Below, one piece after another: positions 49,060 through 60,440 of a stretch of 64,000 nucleotides of DNA. Where the stretch lies: the NCBI RefSeq assembly GCF_030144855.1, contig NC_082731.1, positions 28,458,001 to 28,522,000 of the forward strand. Reading direction: 5' to 3'. Source of the DNA: Hypanus sabinus. Its lineage: Eukaryota. The translations under genes were made by a program, and so were the position numbers. Position 1 is the stretch's first letter; each line of letters starts with the position of its first letter. The notes under the pieces are model-generated. The model had not been told where the DNA came from and ran no database searches. It saw nothing but the letters and a program-made list of their open reading frames with translations.

Positions 49060-51270
49060 TTTAGTACTGCACAGGACATTCAGCCCACAATGATGTGCTG
49101 AACCAGCTGTAAAGCAAATCAAAACCATCCAGACATCAGTCCCTCCTACTTACACCATGTCCACAGCCCTCCTACTTCCTTAGAAAAACTGGGAAAGAAA
49201 TACTTTCTGTCCACTCTATCTATGCCTCTCATAATCTTGAAAACCTCTATTAGATCCTTTAGCTCTGATGCTCCAAAGAAAACAAACCAAATTTATCCAG
49301 CCTCTCATGATAGCACATGCTCTCTAAACCAGGCAGCGTCCTCATAAACCTCTTCTGCGCCCTCTCCAAAGCCTCAATATATTTCCTATAGTGGGGCAAC
49401 CAAACTCTACGCAATACTCCAGATGTGATTGAACCAGAGTTTTGTAAAGTTGCAACATAACCTCCTGACCTTTGAACTCAATGCCACAACTAATAAAAGC
49501 AAGCCTTCCATAAACCTTGTTAACCCCCTTATTGACCTGCGCGGCCACTTTCAAGGAGTTTGAACTTGCATCCCAAGATCTCTCTGCTCAGCAACACGGT
49601 TAAGGACCTTACCCTTAAAGGTGTACCCTTGTTCCCTTCATAAATAGAGGCACAACATTAGTACTGAGGCCTTATGTATCTTAATTGCTTTTTGGAGGCC
49701 CAATACTCCCTCCAATTTTACCTCAAAATGTCTGAATTTATTTATACACTCAGCACTGATCTCTTGATCCTCCACATCCTTTACTTTTGTAAAGACTGAA
49801 GCTAAGTACTTATTAAGTACCTCACTCCCATTCTCTGCATCCAAGTAGATATTTCTCCCTTTATCATTGAGTGGTCCCACCCTCTCCTCAGTTATCCTCT
49901 TACCATTGACATATGTATAGAATGCCTTGGGATTCACCTTATCCAACTTGCCAAGGATTTTTCATGGCCCATCCTGGCTTTCGTAATTCCCTTTGGTTCC
50001 TTTCTGGCTTCTTTGATTTTGTTTGATTTTACCCTCTGAAGATTTACATACATTATCTTTTTCTTCTTGACTAAATTCATCACCTCTCTGAACATCCAGG
50101 GTTCTCTTATCTTTCCATCCCCATCCTTCCTTCTGACAGGAACATACTTTTCCTGTACTCCGTGCAATTGCTCTTTAAACACCCTCCACATGTCTGATGT
50201 GGACTTGCCAGAGAAAAGGTGTTTCCAATTAACACTTCTTAGTTCCTGCCATATGTCCTTGTAAATTGCCCTATGCCAATTTAAAATTGTTCCACAAGGA
50301 TAATACCTATCTTTGTAGATAGTTATCCTAAAAGTTAACGAGTTGTCACTCGTCCGTCACTGTTCACCCACTGAAAGGTCAGTCACGTGTCCAGGCTCAT
50401 TCTGCAGTACCAGGAGCTGGGTGGCCCGTCCTTTCATTGGACCGTACACATACTGATTTGAGAAACCTTTCTGGATATACTTAACAAATTCAGCCCTATC
50501 GGAATCCCCTAATCTCTCCCATGTAGCATGAGCGAATCTTGAAGCCAGGATAATGTTTCCCCTGCGGTTCTGGTGCAATCCGACTCAATCAACCTGCATA
50601 TTGAAATTCCCGATGATTATCTTAACATTTGACGTGCATTTTCCGTCTCCTGTTGTAATTTGTAGACCACATATTTGCTATACTGTTTGCAGGTCTGTTT
50701 ATAACTCCCATCAGTGTCTTTCACTCTTGCAAATTCTACACCATCTGATCCTATGTCGCTACTTTCTTGTGATTTAATTTTTTACCAACTCAGCCACACC
50801 ACAACTTCAACCTATATTCCTGTCCTTTTGATACAATGTCTATCCTTGGGCATCAATCTTCTTTCATCCACAATTCAGTGATGCCCACAAGTTCATACAT
50901 GCCAATCTGTAGCTGTGCTGCAAGTTCATCTAGCCTACTCCATATACTATGTGCATTCAAATATAACACCTTCAGTCCTGTATTCATCACAGTTTAAAAT
51001 TTTGTCCCCTTTCACATTGCAACTCATCCTATTGAGTGCAATTTTACCCAAACATCATCTTCTCTCTAGCAGTCTCACTACACACTGCCTCGGTTTGTAA
51101 ACCAACAATTTGATCCTCATCCCTTTCACTTCATTCCCCATCCACCTGCCAAATTAAACCCTTCTGAATAGCACTAGCAAACCTGTCTGCAAATCTGTTT
51201 GTCCCCCATGGATTCAGGTGTAATCTGTCCCTTTTGTACACCTCATAACTTCTGCTTATCAAGGCCCAGA
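49060..51270 (-). mobile_element. CR1 fragments (3' end, RT, tether, APE, ORF1 end)
   Basis: MLQLYKTLVQSHLEYCV; NPKAFYTYVNGKR; VFKEQLHGVQEKYVP; YKRDRLHLN. Confidence 0.85.
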
Positions 51271-51443
51271 GGCTCGGAGTGAAGAGGAAAGGTGTAAAGT
51301 CCGAGCGGTTGTGAAAGGCCTCAGACTGCATTGTCTGTTGATTGTGCTGTCGTTGGGGTTGCAGTGTCAGAGAATGCAATGTGGTGAGACAAGGAAGGTG
51401 AAAGTTTGGGTTTCAGGGATGCCTCCATTAGTCAATTAGTTAC

Positions 51444-51586
51444 CTTGACAACGGTGACGAAGGTGCTGTAGAGGAAACTGATGATGAACAGAATGGCAAA
51501 GGCAGCAACTGTAGGCAGATTGTCATCTCCATCCACGCGTCCCTGTTCTTCCTTCCCCTCCTCCCCTGTCAAGTCTGTGCAGATTT
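51444..51586 (-). CDS. IgW: Ig heavy-chain transmembrane exon TM1
   Basis: Acceptor ctttctcaaatctttcag| and donor AAG|GTAACT; 143 nt (phase 1 in, phase 0 out). Encodes (E)ICTDLTGEEGKEEQGRVDGDDNLPTVAAFAILFIISFLYSTFVTVVK: acidic spacer, then the conserved antigen-receptor TM motif F..LF..SF.YS..VT..K. In frame with the C exon ending at 54153. Confidence 0.93.
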
Positions 51587-52159
51587 CTGAAAGATTTGAG
51601 AAAGTGAGAGAGTTAATTTCTCGTCAATAATTCTTGAAGATCAACATGGCAATAAACTTGAGTAAACTTGAAGACTTGGTTGCTGCCTATTCATTTCATC
51701 GATTATTATCTCTGTAGTTAAAACCTTCCAGATGCTGACAGATCTGCCAGCCATGTGTGAGTGGCAAAGGTGGTCATGTGTGTTTCTGCCCAATATCTAA
51801 ACCATGAATAAATCCAGTGAATAGTGTCAGCACTCAACACATTGCTGCAGGTGCCAGGGTATCACTGGCTACATATTGTCCCTTCTTTCTCTAACTCTCC
51901 ACTTTCTGAATGAATTCACCAAATGTCTTCACAGAGTTGATAAAGTACCTTTCCCTGTCAATTAACTTTGTATATTTGAAACAGTAGACCAATCCGGAAT
52001 GTTTAGCCTCTCAAGTAGTCTATACAAGTTTCCAACAAGATCAAACCTGACACAAGGAAGTGTTAACAAGAACTGCAGGATCTCAGAAGTGTTAGTAATT
52101 TATTTTCATGTATTTAATCATGAAATTAGTCTGAGTACAGAGAGGAAATTAAAAAGCTG

Positions 52160-52965
52160 GTGGCATGGTGCGAAGACAATAACCTATCCCTCAAAGTCAG
52201 CAAGACAAAGGAATTGGTTGTTGACTTCAGAAGGAGTAGCGAACCACACAACCCCATCTACATCGGTGGTGTGCAGGTGGAACAGGGCAAAAGCTTTAAG
52301 TTCCTTGGGATGAATATCACAAATGACCTGATTTGGTCTGACCAAGCAGAGTCCACTGCCAAGCAGGCCCACTAGTGTCTTTACTTCCTGAGAAAGCTGA
52401 AGAAATTTGGCCTGTCCCCTAAAACCCTCACTAATTTTTATAGTTGCATCGTAAAAAGCATTCTTCTAGGGTGCATCACAAGCTGGTATGGAAGTTGTCC
52501 TGTCCAAGACCGGAAGAAGCTGCAGAAGATAGTGAACATAGCCCAGCACATCACACAAACCAATCTTCCATCCTGGGACTCACTTTACACCAGACGCTGT
52601 CAGAGCAGTGCTGCCAGGATAATCAAAGACAAGACCCACTCAGCCAACACAATTTTTGTCCCACTTCCCTCTGGGAGAAGGTACAGGAGCATGAAGATTC
52701 GTACGGCCAGATTTGGAAACAGCTTCTTTCCAACTGTGATAAGACTGCTGAACAGATCCTGACCCAGATCTGGACCGTACCTTCCAAATATCTGGACCTG
52801 ATCTGCAATACCTTATTTTCCCTTTTCTATTTTCTAATTATGATTTATAATTTAAATTTTTATTATATTTATTTTGACTTGTACTTCAGGGAGCTTGAAG
52901 CACAGAAACAAATATCACTGTGATGATTGTACGCTCTAGTATCAATTGTTTGTTGACAATAAAGT
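52160..52965 (+). mobile_element. Rex1/Babar-type LINE 3' fragment in the C-TM1 intron
   Basis: WCEDNNLSLKVSKTKELVVDFRR; LPSGRRYRSMKIRTARFGNSFFP; AATAAAGTAAAGT tail. Confidence 0.85.
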
Positions 52966-54152
52966 AAAGTAATATATATGTGCACAGAGTTAATGAGAAG
53001 GGTCTTGCAGGTAGTCTTGCTTGTTTCAGTGATGTGAACTACACTGTTGTAGGATCAACTATCAATTGAAGGTTGACAATTGGAGTTGTCAGCCACTCTG
53101 TCCATGGGAATCTCTGCTGCAGAGAACCCAGTGACCCAACTTCTTTCCATCTCATCTGGTGGGGAAGGGTAACTTTAGAGGGTTCCTATTGGGAATGAAC
53201 TTTTTTTTATATGATGTTTACTGGGAATATTCTGTTCCTACACCATCCAGGCCAATGTTTACATCACTTGAGATCTCTCTGCATCTAAAATATGAAGGAT
53301 TTTTTCATTTGGAAATGAAAGGGAAATTGTGGAAAGTATTCAGCAGGTTAGAGAACATTTATGGACAGATAAAGGGATAACATTGAGTTAGCATCACAAG
53401 TGTACTGTGTACCATTGCTTCAGCACTAGTTCTGTGCCTGGCTGAGTACTGTGCATCTCTCTGGTTTACTGGAACTCAGCAACTGTCTGGTGTCCAGTTA
53501 CATTCCACAATGCCTGCTCCAGTGAAACTCAGTTCCTCCAGTTCTGCTGACAGATAGAGTTGCTTCATGTCTCTGAGACACTGGTGAGCAAACGTTGATC
53601 CTGCAGTCATTATTTCATCATTCCCTCACTGACAAGGCCTACTGTGATGCTCCAGTAGGTGGATCACAGAGCAGTGAAGAGTTTGGTGTGGGACTGATGG
53701 ATATGGGTAAACAGGGTAGGATGGCCAGTGTCCTTCACCAAAGAATTTCAGAGAAATAGTTTGTAATCTCAAACTAGAATCCAGCACAGTCACCTCTGGT
53801 TGTGTGTTCACGCCGTTGTCCTGAGGCTTGGGAACAGACTGCAGGTCAGTGATCCTGGTACTAGTACTGAGGGAGTGCTGCACTCTCACACAACTGTCTG
53901 AGATGTGACAGACGGGCCCAGACGGACACTTACTGATGGACAGACAGACCTTGTGTTGGTAGTTTGGAATAGAGTCAAGCTTTGAAAGCATCGGATGAAC
54001 TCTGATTCTTTCCCACTCTCTGCCTCTGCATTATTAATCCACTCACACAACAACAACAATGCCACACTTGCCATTACCTATTGACCTTGCTTGGCCCTGA
54101 GTTGTGGCTGTGGCAGAGGATGTCAACAGTGGAGTGAATCTCAGAATCATAC

Positions 54153-54470
54153 CTTGAATGTTTTTCACATCCAGCCTGACGCTGGTGTTGGAGGGGGGAT
54201 GAGACACTGTGCATCTGAAAACTGAGCCTTCCTTCCACTCCTCTGTGCTCACGGTCAGGACGTAGCTGGCAATGAAAGTCCCCGCCTGTTCCAGAGCAGC
54301 TGGTCTCACACTGATGTTGGAAGAGATCAGAGAGTCCCCTTTCTCCCAGGTGATGGTTATTTGGTTTGGGTAGAATCCAGAAGCAATACACTCGAGGGTG
54401 ACCGTGTTCCCACTCTTGGTCTCTCCCTCTGGCGGGGGCAGCAGTCTGACTTTGGGACCTTTTGTCTCCA
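54153..54470 (-). CDS. IgW: Ig heavy-chain constant exon (C1-set), IgW CH4-like (homologous to IgNAR C3)
   Basis: Acceptor cccatcagttccag| and donor CAAG|GTATGA; 318 nt, phase 1-1. VETKGPKVRLLPPP...TLEC.ASGFYP..I.ITW...EEW..GSVFRCTVSHPP...VKNIQ with both Cys and the Trp intact. Isotype and domain number come from recalled similarity, not a search. Confidence 0.9.
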
Positions 54471-54558
54471 CTGGAACTGATGGGCAAACAATGGAAATGT
54501 CAAACATTTTTACTGAGGTAACAACGTTGTCCATTTTAATCGCTGACCTCTTGCCCAC

Positions 54559-54861
54559 CTTTGGTACTTTTTGTCCGTGCTGATACTGGTGAGGTTGAAG
54601 AAGGTTGTTGGGCAGAGCAAGTGTACTCCACCCCACTGGCCCACTCCTCCACACTGGTCTGGAGTTGGCTGATCACTGTGCCTCGGGTTCTTTCCTCTCT
54701 CGGTTTTTTGGTCATGTTTGTTTTGATTTTCCCCCACTCGTTCACCTGCCAGTGGATTTGGACCTGGCTCAGATCAGCACCCACAATCATACACACCAGA
54801 GTAGCGGTCTGGTTGATCCACATCTCTTCAATGGAGGGGTTTTGGATAAAGACAGACAACT
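54559..54861 (-). CDS. IgW: Ig heavy-chain constant exon (C1-set), IgW CH3-like (homologous to IgNAR C2)
   Basis: Acceptor tttctatttctcatctgcag| and donor AAAG|GTGGGC; 303 nt, phase 1-1. LSVFIQNPSIEEMWINQTATLVC...IHWQVN...SVEEWASGVEYTCSAQ; joins the next exon in frame across an 88-bp intron. Confidence 0.9.
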
Positions 54862-56379
54862 CTGCAGATGAGAAATAGAAAATTTACAAACTGGACAATA
54901 TCTGCTGTCAGCTGGCTTGACAACTTCAGCTCAGACTTATCCTGAAGCTCAATTTGTACAGAATAGTACATTGGAATGAAATCAGGTTTGTTTGCAGAGT
55001 AGGTTGCTCATCTCTGCTTACAACCTTTGACTAAGAAAACAAAATCAAACATTAAGGAGCTGATTTCCTCGGGACCCAGTCGGGTCACAACAGAGACTAT
55101 AGGACAGTTGCCCAGCTACGTGACATTTAGCTGCTGGAATGCCAATGAAATATGCTATTGGAGCTGTGAATTGCAATGAGAGATGCAGTTTCTCATCAAA
55201 GACAACACTTTCTGCAATCTTCTTGTCTCAATGCAAATGAGAGTCTGTAGATCCACTTATGACATTGATCTGAATCAATGAGCTGCCTCATATCTCTTTG
55301 GATTGAGCCTGGGATTCCTCCAGACTGAAAATTCTGATGCTGACTTTCGAGTCTCCCATGAAAAATCTTTCCTTTCATCTCTGTAACTGGTTTGCCACAG
55401 TCAATGATCTCACTTTGTCCCAGTTGTCCTGTTCATTTCATCTGTTTCCATCTCTACACTTTAAACCTCCCTGCCATTCTATTCACCGTGGAGTCTGCTT
55501 TTCATTTGCTGGACACTCATAGACGTGGCTTTGTGTCCCATCATCCACATCATTAGTAATATCAGTGAATCATTGCAGGGCCAGCAAAGATCATTGCAGG
55601 ACACAGCTCATGATTAAATGCTGCTGGTTTCAGTCCCCTGTCAGATGACACAGTGATAATGGAGTTGTCGATGAACGATTGCAAACAATTTCAGTCAATT
55701 ACTCTACAGCAGATCCAGGCGTGTGGGGGCAGCCTCCTCAGGCCAACATCGGGCAGTCACTGGAAGAGCTGAGCACCGTGATCACTAAACATGAAATAGC
55801 ACACCGGGATTTGAACCAGGACATCTTGAGGAAGTCTCTGAACAACGACCACTAACATATCACCTGTGGAAACAGTGGAGCCAACACTTTACCACTGTTA
55901 TACCACCATCAACAATGGTTACCGTGCCAGCCTATGGCCAAATTTTGGTAAGGCCGATCACCTGGCTGTTCTTCAACTCCCGGCATATAGGCAGAGACTA
56001 AAGTCCACAGTGCTGGTAGTGAGGATTAAGAAGATTTGGTCAAGGAAGGCAGAACTGCGCCTTCAGGACATTGAGTTGGTGAACTGGATAATATTCAGAG
56101 ACTTATCTTCAAATCGGAATGAATATGCCACAGTTGTCACCAATTTCATCAAGACCTGTGTGGATGAGTGTGTGCCCTCAAGAGCATACTGGACATAGCC
56201 AAAGCAAAAGTTGTGGATGGACCAGGAGAGTTGTCGTCTGCTGAGGTCTCGATCTATGGCTGTCTAGCCTGGTGATCCTGCATTAGACAAGAAGCCCAAG
56301 TATGACCTGCAGAAGAGTAAATAAACTCATCTTGGTCAAGATGATGCCAGAGTGCAATACTCCCTCGGTCAACCTCTTC

Positions 56380-57170
56380 CAGATAGCTCATGAGAATATC
56401 ATTTTTTGGTCTTTTACGTCTGTCTTTCTCCTTAAATATGTTTCTGGGACTGTTAGAGTTAGAGACTGTGATTTTGCTTGGACATTGTTTCAGTGATCCA
56501 GCACTCTGCTGTCTTTGTGAAGAATCCGAGCATGTACTCAGATGGCTTCGATGTAATGAAACTTCAAGACGATGATTGACTCCATTTCAGCATTTAAACC
56601 GTACATTAAGCGAGCGAGAGTTTCAGTGCCGATTGCCTGTCTTCTGATCGGTGCTGGAGATGGATTCTGTGAGCTGCCCGTTGCTGTGTGGCTCGCTGTG
56701 ACAGGCGGGTCAGCCTCTCTGCCTCGTGTGGTGTCCCTCTCTGCTCTTACAATGAATGTCAGTGATATCAGAGAAGGTGTTGTGGCTCTGTGTTTATGGA
56801 CTGTGGACATTTTCTGACTTATCATTTTATATTCTGTGTTTTTTATTGCCCATTCATTCCTTTTTCCATTTTGTTGTATGAGGGAAGGGTGTTGGGGTCG
56901 ATGTTCTGTTAGTTTTTTGTGTGGGGGAGGGTTTGTTTTTTGGGGTTTGATTTTCCTGTTCCATTCTGTGAAGGGAAACGAGGATATTGCGGGGGTGAGA
57001 GTTTAACGGTCAGGATGCTGATTTTGTCGGTGTACAGGGTGGGTTTGATGTTTCCCTCTGAATGACCTTCATATTCATTCTTGTTTTCATGGCAATCTGG
57101 AGAACACAAATTTCAAGTTTTACGTGGATACAGGCTTTGATAATAAATGAACCTTTGAACAACTCCAATT
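56380..57170 (+). mobile_element. Unclassified retroposon 3' portion
   Basis: T-rich 3' region ending in TTTGATAATAAATGAACCTTTGAAC; family not identified. Confidence 0.45.
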
Positions 57171-58394
57171 GAACTTAGAGAAGGAATCAGATGCCCTTCA
57201 GCTCTGGCAGTTTTCAAGCCATTACTTCCTACAAGATGAAACCCAACTACATGAATGGCAGTGATGCTTCATTCCCAGATGAACTCAATGCCATTTAAGC
57301 ACACTTTGAAGGGGAGAATAAAACTACATGTGTGAAAGTCCTAGCGGTGTCTGACAACCCTGTCATATCTGTGTCGGACACCAACGTCAAAACAGCTTTC
57401 AAGAGGGTGAACCCTCACAAGGAATTAGGCCCTGATGGTGTACCTGGTGGGGAATTGAAACCCTGTGCCAACTAACTGGTAGGAGAGTTCGGGGACATCT
57501 GCAATATCTCACAACTGCAGTCAGAATTTCCACCTGTTTCAAAAGAATGAGAATCATACCAGTGCCCAAGAAGAGCAGGCTGAGCTGTCTCAATTACTGT
57601 TATCCAGTTGCACTCACATCTACTGCTTTGAGAGGTTGGTCGTGGCCAGATTCGACTCCTGCCTAAGCAAGGACCTGGACCCACTGCAATTTCCCTATTG
57701 CTACAATAGGTCTATAGCAGATGGAATCTCACTTGCTCCCCATTCAGTCTTGGATCACCTGGACAATAACAATACCTGCAGTATGTCAGAATGTTGTTTA
57801 CTTATTACAGCTCAGTGTTCAAAACAATCATACCCTCAGTTCTAATCTACAAGCTCCAAAACCTGGGCCTCTAGACCTCCCTCCACAACTGGATCCTTGA
57901 CATCCTCACTGGGAGACCACAGTCAGTGTGGATCTGAAAGAGCATCTCCTCCTCACTGACAATCAACACTGGGGCACCTCAAGGATGTGTGCTTAATCCA
58001 CTGTTCTACTCTCTCTGCACCCACGACTGTGTGACTAGGTACAGCTCAAGTGGCATTTATAAATTTGCTGATGAACTATTGTGGGCAGAATTTCAGGGTG
58101 ATGAGGAGGCATACAAGAGCAGGATAGATCAGCTGGGTAAATGGTATCTCAATAACATCCTTGCATTCAACGTCAGTAAGCCGAAGCAATTGATTGCAGA
58201 CTTCAGGAAGGGGAGGTTGTGGGACAACACATCAGTTTTCATTGAGGGATCGGCAGTGGAAAAAGTGAGCAGTTTCAAGTTCCTGGATGTCAGTATTTCC
58301 GAACATCTATCCTGGCTCCAACATATTGATCCAATAACAAAGAAGGCATGACACAAGGTTAATTTTATATTTTAATTGGAATTTGAGTAGTCTG

Positions 58395-59010
58395 GGTACA
58401 ATAGACAATAGACAATAGGTGCAGAAGTAGGCCCTTCGAGCCTGCACTGCCATTTTGAGATAATGGCTGATCAATTACTATCAATACCCGGTTCCTGCCT
58501 TGTCCCCATATCCCTTGATTCACCTATCCATAAGATAGCTATCTAGCTCCTTCTTGAAAGCATCCAGGGAATTGGCCTCCACTACCTTCCGAGGCAAGGC
58601 ATTCCAGACCCCCACAACTCTCTGGGAGAAGAAGATTTTCCTTAACTCTGTCCTAAATGACCTACCCCTTATTCTCAAACCATGCCCTCTGGTACTGGAC
58701 ACTCCCAGCATCTGGAACATATTTCCTGCCTCTTATCTTGTCCAATCCCTTAATAATCTTGTATGTTTCAGTCAGATCCCCTCTCAATCTCCTTAATTCC
58801 AGCGTGTACAAGCCCAGTCTCTCTAACCTCTCTGCGTAAGACAGTCCAGACATCCCAGGAATTAACCTTGTGAATCTACAGTGCACTTCCTCTACAGCCA
58901 GGATGTCCTTCCTTAACCCTGGAGACCAAAACTGTACACAATACTCCAGGTGTGGTCTCACCAGGGCTCTGTACAAATGCAAGAGGATTTCCTTGCTCTT
59001 GTACTCAATT
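58395..59010 (-). mobile_element. CR1 3' end
   Basis: LYRALVRPHLEYCVQFWSP...; (ACAATAG)n tail at 58398-58418. Confidence 0.9.
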
Positions 59011-59849
59011 CTTGTATGTTGTTAAAGACTCGTGGAGTTCTACGGATGTACCATGGAGAGTATTCTGATTGCATTACCATCAGAAAAAGCTGCAGAAAGT
59101 TGTAAACTCAGCCAGCTCCATCATGGACACTAACTTCCCCAGTATCAATGACACCTTCAACAGGCGATGGCTCAAGAAGGCACCATTCGTCATTAAGATC
59201 TCCCACCACCAAGGACCTGCCCTCCTCTCATTGCCACTTTCAAGGAGGAGGTACAAGAGCCTGAAGACACACTCAACATTTGAGGAACAGCTTCTTCCCC
59301 TCCTAAATAGACAATGAATCCATGAACATTACCTCACTATCTTTTCTTCTTGTTTTGCACTACTTATTTAATTTATTTTTTATATTTATTTCATATACAA
59401 ATTTATTGCTTTTTATTATTAAGTATTGCAATGTACTGCGGCAGCAAAACAACAAGTTTTATGACAAATGGCAGTAATATTAAAGCTAATCCTGGTAGAA
59501 GGGGTTGGTCACCATGGACTCAAAATCACCAACCACACCTCACGTCTGTACTTATGAATTACTGTCTCTCTAAACACACCAACATTGTGGAATACTCACA
59601 ATTATACCTTTTTGTATTTCCTCTATTCATCTTGGCTTGGTAACACTGACACTTCCACACACTAATCCTCTCATTGGGTCGACCTGGGAGGAACATCTGT
59701 ACTCAATCACCATCCGGGAATAACAGCTAATCTCTGACCCAACAATGAAGCTGCTGTGTTTGGCTCAAGTGAGAAATACAAAACACTCTACACTGAATCA
59801 GAACTGGTGTCACGGTTCCAGTCGCTTGAGCACAAACGTGTATAAGGAG

Positions 59850-60440
59850 TACAAGAATACAAGAGCAAGGACGTGCTGCTGAGGCTTTATAAAGCACCAG
59901 TGAGGCCTCACCTTGAGTATTGTGAATGGTTTTGGGCCGCTCATCTTAGAAAATATGCCCTAGCATTGGAGGGTGTCCAGGGACGGTTCACAAGGATGAT
60001 TCCAGGAATGAAAGGGTTATCATATGAGGAACATTTGCTGGCTGTGGGTCATTTCAGAATGATGTGGGGGATCTCACTGAAACCTTTCGAATGTTGATAG
60101 GCCTAGTCAGAATAGATGTGTTCCCCATGGTGGGAAAGTCTAGGACAAGAGGGCACAGCTTCAGGATAGAGAGGCGCCTTTTCAAAACAGAGATGTGGAA
60201 AAATTTCTTTAGTCAAAGTGTGGTGAATTTGTGGAATTTGCAGCTGTGGAGGCCAAATGGTAGGGTATATCTAAGGCAGAAATTGATAAGTTCTTGATTG
60301 GACATGGCATCAAAGGTTATGGGGAGAAGGCCGAGAACTGGGGTTGAAAAGGAGTTAAAAAAGGATCAGCCATGATTGAATAGTGGAGCAGAATCGATGG
60401 GCAAGATGGCCTAATTCTGCTCCTTTCTCTTATGGTCTTT
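59850..60440 (+). mobile_element. CR1 3' end
   Basis: LLRLYKAPVRPHLEYC, KNFFSQSVVNLWN; CTTATGGTCTT tail. Confidence 0.9.

Larger units (their letters stand above)
55850..59490 (+). mobile_element. Degenerate Rex1/Babar-type LINE (APE end to 3'UTR), interrupted at about 56380-57170 and 58395-59010
   Basis: PNFGKADHLAVLQLPAYRQRLK; DPLQF; YSLCTHDCV...YKFAD; LQKVVNSASSI...RRYKSLKTH. Confidence 0.82.

Noticed and set aside
52095-52160. Acceptor-like tract followed by GAC TAA and AATAAA on the minus strand
   Set aside because: It would add a single residue and abuts a LINE junction; too likely to be chance.
54043-54152. Read-through of the CH4 donor giving GMILRFTPLL...GKCGIVVVV* as a secretory tail
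   Set aside because: No resemblance to the canonical tailpiece (no N-x-S/T plus penultimate Cys) and no AATAAA/ATTAAA nearby; treated as an open intron frame.
55649-55690. CACAGTG heptamer as a recombination signal
   Set aside because: No nonamer at 12 or 22/23 bp; no V, D or J segment is visible in the window.
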